Of a stretch of DNA of 15,289 nt, positions 7,326 through 15,289 are shown one piece after another (within the stretch, counting starts at the first letter, position 1; every line of letters begins with the position of its first letter). The notes below the pieces were generated by a model, which saw only the letters and a program-made list of their open reading frames with translations, ran no database searches and was not told the origin of the DNA. The translations under genes and the position numbers were made by a program. This DNA comes from Promethearchaeota archaeon. Lineage in GTDB: Archaea; Asgardarchaeota; Lokiarchaeia; Sigyniarchaeales; SOKP01. The DNA is taken from assembly GCA_019894975.1 (NCBI GenBank), contig JAGXNO010000065.1, positions 1 through 15,289 of the forward strand. Reading direction: 5' to 3'.

Positions 7326-9518
7326 ATGGGTATTAATAACAAAATTAATTCCGAAGTAATTGTAAAGAAATTTGGGGTACAATCCGAGATTTATAATGCA
7401 TTTATGAAATTTCTCACAGATAAATCTATTTCAGAAAAACATTTTGAAAAAAACTTTAATCAATGGAAAAAGATATTTAGCAAAATTTATGGAAATGAAA
7501 TCTCTAATGAACTGTTTCTAACGCATACTTATTTTGTCCAGATATTAAATATTATTGTGAGATGTAAGCTGGATTCTATAAGAAATATTAATTCTGAAAA
7601 ACCAATTAGCCTAAGAATCGAAAAACAAATTGAAAACTTGAAGATTTTCGAACTTCACTACTTTTTTTGGACTTCTGTCGGGAATGAACTTCTTAAAATG
7701 GTTGAAAAAGAAATAGAAAATTCGGCAATTGAAAAACAAGACATTTTTAGTCAATTTTATCAACATATCTTTATTTCTAACCTCAGGCATAAAAAAGGAG
7801 AATTTTTTACACCCTCACATCTTGTAGAGGCAATGATCGAAGATTTTTATGAATTTGGGTTAAAAATCTTAGATCCTTCCTGCGGTTCGGGAAATTTTTT
7901 AATTAGAATTATTATTAAGATTCTAGATTCACAAAATTCTCTAATCAATAAGATTAAGGCAATTAACAACGTTTTTGGATTTGATATTAATCCTTTAGCA
8001 ATTATTACTACAAAGGTGAATATTCTTTTATTATTTTTGGAGAATATTATAATTGAAGGAGATCCATTACCTAATATTAATGTTTTTCTTTGTGATTCAT
8101 TATTTCCTCAAGAATATAATTCAATTCTTGAATTTGATAGAAATCACATATTTAATTCATTTGATTTGGTTATAGGGAATCCTCCTTGGTTAACATATAA
8201 AGATTTGTTTGATAAAGAATATCAGATAAAAATTCGCGAATTATCAAATCAACTTGGTATTAAACCTTTAAGTCAATATATTACCCATATAGAACTCGCA
8301 GCAATTTTCTTCTATGCAATACCCTTCTACTTCTTAAAAAAAAAAGGTAAAATTTTTTTTGTTATGCCTAAAAGTGTATTAAATGGTGATCATTGTTATA
8401 AATTTCGAGCTTTTTCTCTATTCAACATAAATCTAGAAATTTGGGATTTCCCAAACAACTATTTTTTCAATGTAGAGCACGTGTGTTTAAAAGCAGAATA
8501 TATTGGAAAAGATTACACAATTTCAATCAAAAAGAAATATCCAATTAAGACGAAAATCTTTAATGATAAATTAAAATTTCAAAAAAATATATTATATTCA
8601 AGTTTAAGTATTGAAAATGATGGTGCGAAATTAATTTTACCCAGTCATGAATTAAAGAAGATTAATAATTTAGATAATAGCCCATATAAAAAGAAATTTT
8701 ATCAGGGAGCTACATTAGTTCCAAGAACACTTGTATTCTTTCAGATTAAAAATAAAAGAGAAAATTATCTTACAATTAATTCTGATACTGATATCTTAAC
8801 ACGAGCAAAGGAAAAGTGGTTACATAAATTTCAGAATAAAGAAATAGAAGATAAATTTCACTTTAAGACATTTTTAAACATTCAACTCCTCCCATTTTAT
8901 TTAAAAGGTCTAAAGGATGTATTTCTGCCAATTACACCCAATTTTATTTTTGATCCTGATTATCTCCAACTTAACCCTAAAGCTCATAGTTTTTATAATG
9001 AAGTAAATCATATTTATCAGACAAATAAGAAAGAAACAAGTAAAATTGAGACCCTTTATGACAATTTAAATTATTGGAATAAACTACAAAAACAAATAGT
9101 GAATAAAGACTTTTTAATTGTATACAATGCAAGTGGTTCCAACCTAAAGGCGGCAGTTATTAATAATGAAGATCAAAAAATCATTGTTGGATCTGAAAAC
9201 TACTACTATTCAACTGATTCAGAAGAAGAAGCTTACTATTTATCAGCAATTTTGAATGCTCCTAAATTATCAAAAATGATAAAACAAATAAAAAGTTCAA
9301 GACACATTCATAAAAGACCATTCCTATTTCCTATACCGATCTTCGATGAAAATAATTCGATTCATAAGATATTAGCAAAAAAGGGAAAAAGTTGTCATAT
9401 TGTGGTTCAAGAAATATTTGTCAATAATCCGAAAATTACTTCTGAGAAAATTAGAGTCTTCATAAATAGAAAATTAAATAAAATAGATGATTTAACCCAA
9501 CAGGTTGTGTTTGAATAA
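7326..9518 (+). CDS. N6-adenine-type DNA methyltransferase (gamma motif order, Type IIG/IIL-like MTase plus target-recognition region)
   Basis: GEFFTP (motif X), ILDPSCGSGNFL (motif I), FGFDINP (motif II) and DLVIGNPPW (motif IV), followed by a long C-terminal TRD-like region. No nuclease domain was recognised. Confidence 0.9.
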   Translation: MGINNKINSEVIVKKFGVQSEIYNAFMKFLTDKSISEKHFEKNFNQWKKIFSKIYGNEISNELFLTHTYFVQILNIIVRCKLDSIRNINSEKPISLRIEKQIENLKIFELHYFFWTSVGNELLKMVEKEIENSAIEKQDIFSQFYQHIFISNLRHKKGEFFTPSHLVEAMIEDFYEFGLKILDPSCGSGNFLIRIIIKILDSQNSLINKIKAINNVFGFDINPLAIITTKVNILLLFLENIIIEGDPLPNINVFLCDSLFPQEYNSILEFDRNHIFNSFDLVIGNPPWLTYKDLFDKEYQIKIRELSNQLGIKPLSQYITHIELAAIFFYAIPFYFLKKKGKIFFVMPKSVLNGDHCYKFRAFSLFNINLEIWDFPNNYFFNVEHVCLKAEYIGKDYTISIKKKYPIKTKIFNDKLKFQKNILYSSLSIENDGAKLILPSHELKKINNLDNSPYKKKFYQGATLVPRTLVFFQIKNKRENYLTINSDTDILTRAKEKWLHKFQNKEIEDKFHFKTFLNIQLLPFYLKGLKDVFLPITPNFIFDPDYLQLNPKAHSFYNEVNHIYQTNKKETSKIETLYDNLNYWNKLQKQIVNKDFLIVYNASGSNLKAAVINNEDQKIIVGSENYYYSTDSEEEAYYLSAILNAPKLSKMIKQIKSSRHIHKRPFLFPIPIFDENNSIHKILAKKGKSCHIVVQEIFVNNPKITSEKIRVFINRKLNKIDDLTQQVVFE

Positions 9519-9529
9519 ACCACATTAAT

Positions 9530-12500
9530 TTACGAAAATTTCTCTTTCCAATTTTCTAATTCTTCAAGAAATTCTTGCCTAACTTCTTCTTCTAATAGAT
9601 CTCTTAGGGATCTCAACTTACTTATCCATTGTCTTAAAGCATTTGCTGCTACTGCTCCATAAGAAGGCAATACAATGTCCGATATATCTTGTAATCCCAT
9701 TGAGAGTTCAGAACCAGTAGATGTGTTTAGTGTTTGAATCAAATTGTTAATTTTTTCATTTATACTATATTCTTCAGTATTTATATTGTCTTCATAATTT
9801 TCTCCTGAATTTTCTATTGATGACCCAAAATCTATTGTTAAGTTTTCTTGATCTGTTTTTGAATATTTTTCCTTCCATTTGAAAAAGGTTAAAACAAAGT
9901 CTTCTTTTATATCGTCATCAAGGGGCTTTCTTATTTTCCGAAGTTTACTTATCCAATCCTTAATTTCTTTTAGTTCCATCGAATAGCCTTCAGTTTCTAG
10001 AATTATATCTACGATATTTTGAATTTTCTTACTAATATCTATTCCGTTTAATTCTGCAAAATTTGTTTCGACTTCATCAAAAATCTCTTTCATTTTCATA
10101 GCTGGGTCAATTTCTTTACCAACAACTTCAGATTCTGAAGAATTTAAGTCATCAGAGTGAAATTGTGATTGTGTTAATCCCGGACTTATGTATTCTTCTG
10201 TGATTTCAGACATATAGTCTTTCTGAGGAAGATTATTAACGGGTTCTTCGGTATTGGTTTTTTCTTTTACTAAATTTGGACCTAAAATACCATTTCTCCA
10301 ATTTAGAAAATCAAATTTTATTTTTTCTTTAAGTGGATCATCTAATATTTTATCTAATTTAGATAAGTTCTTCTTCCACTCCAAAATTTGTGAATATCCT
10401 TGCAACCTTAAAATAACTTCAATGAAATTATCAATCTGGTCCCCTAACTCTACTCCTTTTAAGTCATCTATTTTCTCCAAAAAGAGATCAAAAAGACTAT
10501 TTACTTTTTCAGGATCCAGGGGTTCAACTTCTTTATCTTCAGATTCAAGTGGAAGAATTATTTTTTTTGTTGGAATTTCATCTATAATTGGAGATCTAAA
10601 CTCAGGAGGGTACATTAATTCTAAGGAGGAAAATTCTTTATTTAATTTATTTAGTTCTTCGATTACATACGTTTTCATATCATCTTCTAAAGGATAAGGT
10701 AGTAATTCTAATTTACTAACCAATAGTTTGAATTCTAAAACATTAAGAGAAATTCCGTTCTTTTCAAAAGCTACATCTAGAAGATTCTTTAATTTTCTGG
10801 ATATTTTCTTTCCACTATAATCGTTAATATTTTCAATAATCAGATTAAATCCATTATTGATTTGTAATTCCCTAGTTGGTTTTGCTTCCTTGATAATTTT
10901 TAAAATATTTGGTTGAATCAACTCAATTAAAGGTTTAAAAGATGTAGTAAATCCAGTAACTTCATATTTAGATTCATTTTTAGTTTTTTGACAAATACCA
11001 AAAGCCAAAAATATATCGTCTCCAACAATTGCAGCAACGTTATTATTCTTAAGTGTTAGATATTCAATATTTTTCTTTTTCAAAGCTTTAACATGTTTAT
11101 TGTTATGAGGTTCTGAAGAAATAATTTTTATTTTTAATCCAGTGGATTTCATTTCTGCTTCGATATTTTCTTCAGCATCTAGGTTATCTTCGATTTCTTT
11201 TTCTCCCGTTTGTTCTAGTTTTTCTACTTTCTTAATTTTTAAATAATCAATTTTCCATTTCTCAATATCTTCTAATATTAAATATTGGGTATTCTGATCA
11301 AGGTATTTCCTTATAACTAATAATCTATTTAACCAACCTTGAACATTATCGATAATAAGAGACTCAGGATTAATCTCTGAAACTAGGGCTAAAATATTCG
11401 CAACATCATGGCTCAACTCATATCCTTTGAGATCAGATACTCTTTTTGCTGTCGCACCTATTTTTTCTAGCAATTCTCTTTTTTGTTCTTTATTCATAGA
11501 CGGCTTAGCTTTTGAAGGTACAACCGGTTTCTTTAAAGCTGATGAAGTCTTTTTTGATAACAGTTCGGGTACAGTTTCTTCAGCATATTCTAATTTCAAT
11601 TCCTCTAGGGGTATGAAATCTTCTATTTTTGGAACGATTATTGTTAAAGTTTCTTTAGTGTTTTCTATTAAAAGATGGATCAATTCTTTCATTTTTTCTC
11701 GACTAGAAAGAGGAAGTAATTTGTCAGCTGGAACCTGATTTTTGCTAATATAATCTGTTAATATATTGAACAATGATTTTTCAAATGTATCTAAATTTTT
11801 TAAAGGTAAAGAATTTGGGTTCTGGATAAGTTCAGTACTTCTCTTATCAATTGAATCGCCCAGCTTTCTAATAAATGTTTTGAAGGATTCGACTATAGAA
11901 GGAATATTTGTCGGATCCATTTCATTGATAATGTCTCTAAATTGAATGAACATATTTGAAATAACTTCTTCAGATTCTTCATTTTTCTTAGTTATCGCTC
12001 TCATCACGCGTTCAATATCAATTTCATTTACTATTGATTTGTCTTTTAATTTCGCAATTAATTCATTCACATCAGCTAATAAAACTTGAGAGAATTTTTT
12101 TACATTTTTCTCGACTTCAGATAAAATCTCTGTTGTTTGATTATCATTCGTTTGATTAGAAATTAATTCTATTAAATCTTGGCTAATAAGCTCAATATCT
12201 TGGAGAATACCATCTTGAAATTTCTCGATAGGAGAACCATCATTTTTTATTTCACCTTCTTCTTCCTCTGAAATTGCATTAAAATTAGAAAAAGCATAAA
12301 TTATAGCTGCAAAAGGGGGAAGAAAAAGATAATGAGGTAAAATATCAGAGTTTATTAGCAGAACTAATTTTTTATCTACAAGTTTGTGAATTATTTTCTT
12401 TACTTTAATCTTCGAGGATTTTGGTAAAAACGTTTGAATTTCTGCCAACGTAAGTGGAATTTTACCTAATCCTTCCCGGAAAATTTTAATTCCATCAGCA

Positions 12501-12565
12501 GTAACATTATATTTTTTCAAGAGTTCATTCATTTTTAAGACTCGAGTATTTTTATCTAAATTCAA
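9530..12565 (-). CDS. Large multidomain protein: TrmB-like winged HTH, helical/coiled-coil region, split degenerate PLD-like domain and five ~75-aa helical repeats
   Basis: 1011-aa ORF (TTG start; alternative ATG at 12532). N-terminal PLTLAEI...KVKKIIHKLVDKKLV...YLFLPP resembles the TrmB wHTH. LIHLLIENTKETLTIIVP and LKIKIISS...AAIVGDD look like the two halves of a PLD-like/TrmB effector domain. A repeated module is visible by eye. Confidence 0.8.
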   Translation of the reverse strand: MNLDKNTRVLKMNELLKKYNVTADGIKIFREGLGKIPLTLAEIQTFLPKSSKIKVKKIIHKLVDKKLVLLINSDILPHYLFLPPFAAIIYAFSNFNAISEEEEGEIKNDGSPIEKFQDGILQDIELISQDLIELISNQTNDNQTTEILSEVEKNVKKFSQVLLADVNELIAKLKDKSIVNEIDIERVMRAITKKNEESEEVISNMFIQFRDIINEMDPTNIPSIVESFKTFIRKLGDSIDKRSTELIQNPNSLPLKNLDTFEKSLFNILTDYISKNQVPADKLLPLSSREKMKELIHLLIENTKETLTIIVPKIEDFIPLEELKLEYAEETVPELLSKKTSSALKKPVVPSKAKPSMNKEQKRELLEKIGATAKRVSDLKGYELSHDVANILALVSEINPESLIIDNVQGWLNRLLVIRKYLDQNTQYLILEDIEKWKIDYLKIKKVEKLEQTGEKEIEDNLDAEENIEAEMKSTGLKIKIISSEPHNNKHVKALKKKNIEYLTLKNNNVAAIVGDDIFLAFGICQKTKNESKYEVTGFTTSFKPLIELIQPNILKIIKEAKPTRELQINNGFNLIIENINDYSGKKISRKLKNLLDVAFEKNGISLNVLEFKLLVSKLELLPYPLEDDMKTYVIEELNKLNKEFSSLELMYPPEFRSPIIDEIPTKKIILPLESEDKEVEPLDPEKVNSLFDLFLEKIDDLKGVELGDQIDNFIEVILRLQGYSQILEWKKNLSKLDKILDDPLKEKIKFDFLNWRNGILGPNLVKEKTNTEEPVNNLPQKDYMSEITEEYISPGLTQSQFHSDDLNSSESEVVGKEIDPAMKMKEIFDEVETNFAELNGIDISKKIQNIVDIILETEGYSMELKEIKDWISKLRKIRKPLDDDIKEDFVLTFFKWKEKYSKTDQENLTIDFGSSIENSGENYEDNINTEEYSINEKINNLIQTLNTSTGSELSMGLQDISDIVLPSYGAVAANALRQWISKLRSLRDLLEEEVRQEFLEELENWKEKFS

Positions 12566-12680
12566 TATCGATTTTTCTTTATATAAGATGTTACTCCATG
12601 TTTTTTAATATTCGGAAATCGAAAAATGAGTGATACAATTGCAAGAATTTTCTTAGGGGATGATTGATTGGTATTTTTGA

Positions 12681-12842
12681 ACCACTAGTATAGGTATGGG
12701 AATTGGATTATCTTTAGTAAAGAAAATTATATGAGGATATGATGGTAAAATCTGGATTGAAGATAGAGCCCAAAATGATTATATACTAGGGAGCAATTTT
12801 ATCGTCATGATTCCAAAATCAAACCATAAATTTAAAAATTAG
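12681..12842 (+). pseudogene. Remnant of a sensor histidine kinase HATPase_c C-terminus
   Basis: Translates to TTSIGMGIGLSLVKKII*GYDGKIWIEDRAQNDYILGSNFIVMIPKSNHKFKN*, containing the G2 box (GxGxGL) and the terminal G..F...IP strand. There is an in-frame TGA at 12732-12734, and no upstream kinase domains are visible. Confidence 0.8.
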
Positions 12843-12935
12843 AAATAAATGTAATTATAGAAAGCTTTTTCTTTAAAGAATCATTTTCTTTATTGAAATT
12901 GTGAGTAAAAACGATAAACTTTTTTGTGAAATAAA

Positions 12936-14090
12936 CTGAATTTTAAAGAATTAGGCATTAACGATAAAAACGTTAACGCATTACGGAAATTAAATATACT
13001 TAAACCCACACCTGTTCAAAAACAAGCCATCCCTTTAATTCTAAAGGGTCAAAATATTATGGCTCAAGCTAAAACAGGAAGTGGAAAGACATTAGCTTTT
13101 GTTCTGCCAATAATTGAACGTTTAAAGTATGTTAATAATGAAGCTCTTATTCTAGCTCCAACAAGGGAACTTGCTAAACAAATAAATAGTGTCATAAAAG
13201 AGTTAGGAGATCCAAGAGTTAAATCAATGACGATCTATGGGGGTGTTTCTATCAGCAACCAAATTAGAAAATTGCATGAGGGAGTTAATATTATTATTGG
13301 AACACCCGGTAGAATTATAGACCTTTATAAGAGAAGAGAACTGAAGTTCCATAATATCCGATTCGTCGTGCTTGATGAAGGTGACAGATTATGGGACATG
13401 GGATTTGCTCCAGATGTTCAATACATTCTAAACCAAATAAAAACTGACTATCAGTTTCTACTGTTCTCAGCAACTCTCTATTCAGATATTCGAGAAATGG
13501 TTAAAAAATTTTCAAAGAATAAGTTTGAATTTCTTAATTTAAGTAGAGATAGTATAACGGTAGGAAGTACTAAACAATTTTATTATATGATTGAGCGATT
13601 TGAAGAAAAATTTAAGACTTTTTTAAAGATTCTAAGAAGAGAAAAACCAGAACATACACTAGTGTTTGTTAATACGAAAAAGACGGCAACTTGGTTAAAT
13701 AATAAATTAAGATCAGCAAGGGGAATTAATTTTCGAGTACAAGTTATATCTGGTGATTTATCTCAGGCTCAACGTGAAAAAGTACTTTTAGACTTTAGAA
13801 ATCATAAGATAAATATGCTAATTGCTACGGATGTTGCCGCGAGAGGCTTAGATATTGATAATATCTCTCATGTATTTAATTATGATGTACCTAAATTTCC
13901 AGACGTTTATGTACACCGAATTGGGAGAACATCTCGAATGAGTAAAAAAGGTGTCGCGATAACTCTATGCTTAAAGGATGAATATGAATATTTATGCCAC
14001 ATTGAAGGTTTAATTGATAAGGAAATTAAACAAAAGGAATTATACCAACCTCAACAAGAAGAAGGAAGATATCATAACCCCTTTTATTAA
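12936..14090 (+). CDS. DEAD-box ATP-dependent RNA helicase (core only, ~384 aa; probable CTG start)
   Basis: The Q-motif (NFKELG...PTPVQKQAIP) is in frame upstream of the ORF-track ATG at 13059. Other motifs: AKTGSGKT, APTRELA, GG, TPGR, DEGD, SAT, VFVNT, TDVAARGLD and YVHRIGRTSR. Confidence 0.92.
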   Translation: MNFKELGINDKNVNALRKLNILKPTPVQKQAIPLILKGQNIMAQAKTGSGKTLAFVLPIIERLKYVNNEALILAPTRELAKQINSVIKELGDPRVKSMTIYGGVSISNQIRKLHEGVNIIIGTPGRIIDLYKRRELKFHNIRFVVLDEGDRLWDMGFAPDVQYILNQIKTDYQFLLFSATLYSDIREMVKKFSKNKFEFLNLSRDSITVGSTKQFYYMIERFEEKFKTFLKILRREKPEHTLVFVNTKKTATWLNNKLRSARGINFRVQVISGDLSQAQREKVLLDFRNHKINMLIATDVAARGLDIDNISHVFNYDVPKFPDVYVHRIGRTSRMSKKGVAITLCLKDEYEYLCHIEGLIDKEIKQKELYQPQQEEGRYHNPFY

Positions 14091-14228
14091 ACATAATTCT
14101 TTAATCCCCCATTCTTCAATATTAATTCATTCTATCTCTCATAAGATTATCCTATTGTGTTTCAATTTACATTATCATAATTTCAAAAAGTTATTTTATT
14201 TCAACGTTTTATATTGAATTGACTTGCT

Positions 14229-14747
14229 ATGACGATTGATATTAATAAAGCTGAAAAAATTATTCAAGAATATCTCTTAGACGAAGAAATATTGAGAAAA
14301 AAACTAAAAAATCCCAAAATTGATTTTGGTTTCCAATTTTCATTTCCACCTGGCTCAAAGGGGCATCCTATGTCACTAACAAAACCAAAAGGTAAAGATT
14401 TTCTTCTTATATCAGTTGGAATTCAAATATCTCCACCATATATTAAAGCCCTGGATTCATTAAAAGATAATAAAAAAACCCTTTTTTTCAAGGAACTAAG
14501 GAAGTTTATAATTTTTAAGAATATGTTCTTCCGTATTGACATTCAAAATCATAGATACGAACTTTTTGATCAAATATTTATTAAGAAGGATAGTACTATC
14601 TCAAAAAATTCTTTGTATAAAAGAATTCGTTATTTATTCAACTGTACACAATATAGTAATCTAATGTTAGATGATTTCTGCTCAGGGCAGGTAAAGCATG
14701 AAGATGTTAAGCGTACTATGGGTACAGATTATTCTTTTTATACATAA
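14229..14747 (+). CDS. Conserved archaeal hypothetical protein, DUF2299-like
   Basis: 172-aa ORF. The pattern I.EYL.DE...F.F....PPG...I.ISP....L resembles DUF2299 proteins as I recall them; not verified by search. Confidence 0.55.
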   Translation: MTIDINKAEKIIQEYLLDEEILRKKLKNPKIDFGFQFSFPPGSKGHPMSLTKPKGKDFLLISVGIQISPPYIKALDSLKDNKKTLFFKELRKFIIFKNMFFRIDIQNHRYELFDQIFIKKDSTISKNSLYKRIRYLFNCTQYSNLMLDDFCSGQVKHEDVKRTMGTDYSFYT

Positions 14748-14775
14748 ATAATCTTAAATAGATTTGAATTTCACT

Positions 14776-14804
14776 AAAAAAAAAGATAAAAAAAAAAGAA
14801 AAAA
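14776..14804 (-). terminator. Oligo-T terminator region for the minus-strand gene
   Basis: Plus-strand A9, A10 and A6 runs read as long T tracts on the minus strand, downstream of the incoming gene. Confidence 0.55.
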
Positions 14805-14882
14805 GTCGGTTTTTTAAACGATTATTATCCTTTAAAAAGTCTTTCTAACCGTATAAACAAACTGACAATGAAAACCAATATT

Positions 14883-15287
14883 TCATTGGGAGTTGGGGGA
14901 CTCCGAAAACATTTTTTGTACCAGTATTATCCAGAAGTGGCATCCAGTCCATTGTGTACAGAGGCTGACTGTAACTTTCTTTTCAGTAACTATATCATAA
15001 TTGGAGTTAAAGCAGAATTCATCAGGGATTACAGGCCATTGATTACTTTCTAATTCAATGTCCGTTGCGGTAGTGAAAGTTGCTTCCCAGAAATCGGCAT
15101 AACAAGGTTCATGTCCCATGTAAGCCCAGTTAACATCAATTCTTCCTACTTCAACATCTTGTTGATAAAATTGAATGGAACCGCATTCAGGCGTGTAACC
15201 ACCAGTTACCCGAAGCAGGACAAAATAATCAAGTAAGTCATCGTTAGTGATACATAAAGGTAAGACTTCCCAATCAGGAAGTAATGA
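14883..15287 (-). CDS. C-terminal part of a hypothetical Cys/Trp/acidic beta-rich protein; 5' end lies outside the window
   Basis: The frame of the 78-aa ORF stays open to the window end (...SLLPDWEVLPLCITNDDLLDYFVLLRVTGGYTPECGSIQFYQQDVEVGRIDVNWAYMGHEP...), so ATG 15119 is probably internal. Confidence 0.65.
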   Translation of the reverse strand, partial: SLLPDWEVLPLCITNDDLLDYFVLLRVTGGYTPECGSIQFYQQDVEVGRIDVNWAYMGHEPCYADFWEATFTTATDIELESNQWPVIPDEFCFNSNYDIVTEKKVTVSLCTQWTGCHFWIILVQKMFSESPNSQ

Positions 15288-15289
15288 AT

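Noticed and set aside
10254-11738. Plus-strand ORFs 10254-10697 and 11427-11738
   Set aside because: Antisense shadows inside the 1011-aa gene.
12732-12734. In-frame TGA as recoding (selenocysteine or readthrough) in the kinase fragment
   Set aside because: The fragment lacks all upstream kinase domains and the position is not a Cys site; pseudogene decay is the simpler explanation.
14014-14217. 67-aa ORF overlapping the helicase end
   Set aside because: Overlaps the helicase by 77 nt and runs through low-complexity intergenic sequence; no motif.
14868-15053. 61-aa plus-strand ORF
   Set aside because: Antisense to the longer open minus-strand frame that runs to the window edge.
1-15289. 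CRISPR array, tRNA/rRNA, transposase or integrase
   Set aside because: No regularly spaced repeats, no GC-rich structured RNA segment and no recombinase motifs were seen.

Overview
AT-rich archaeal window. A Rab-like GTPase, an actin-related protein and the style of a histidine-kinase relic point to an Asgard (Lokiarchaeia-like) chromosome; this is inference, no search was run. In order: the 3' end of a VWA-domain gene; a tail-anchored Rab/Ras-like GTPase with degenerate motifs, bracketed by two 50-bp copies of the VWA gene's 3' end; then a co-directional run of an AbrB+ACT regulator, a Lys/Pro-rich helical protein, a divergent actin-related protein, an 863-aa helical protein with a CHAT (caspase/separase-clan) domain lacking both catalytic residues, and a coiled-coil protein with a degenerate PLD-like domain. 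Next come an apparently orphan N6-adenine-type DNA methyltransferase; a convergent 1011-aa protein (TrmB-like wHTH, split PLD-like domain, five ~75-aa helical repeats); a histidine-kinase pseudogene fragment; a DEAD-box helicase whose conserved N-terminus seems to need a CTG start; a DUF2299-like gene; and the 3' part of a gene entering from the right edge. The best candidate for a new system is the actin-related protein / dead CHAT / dead PLD / Pro-rich protein cluster. All family calls come from motif recognition by eye.
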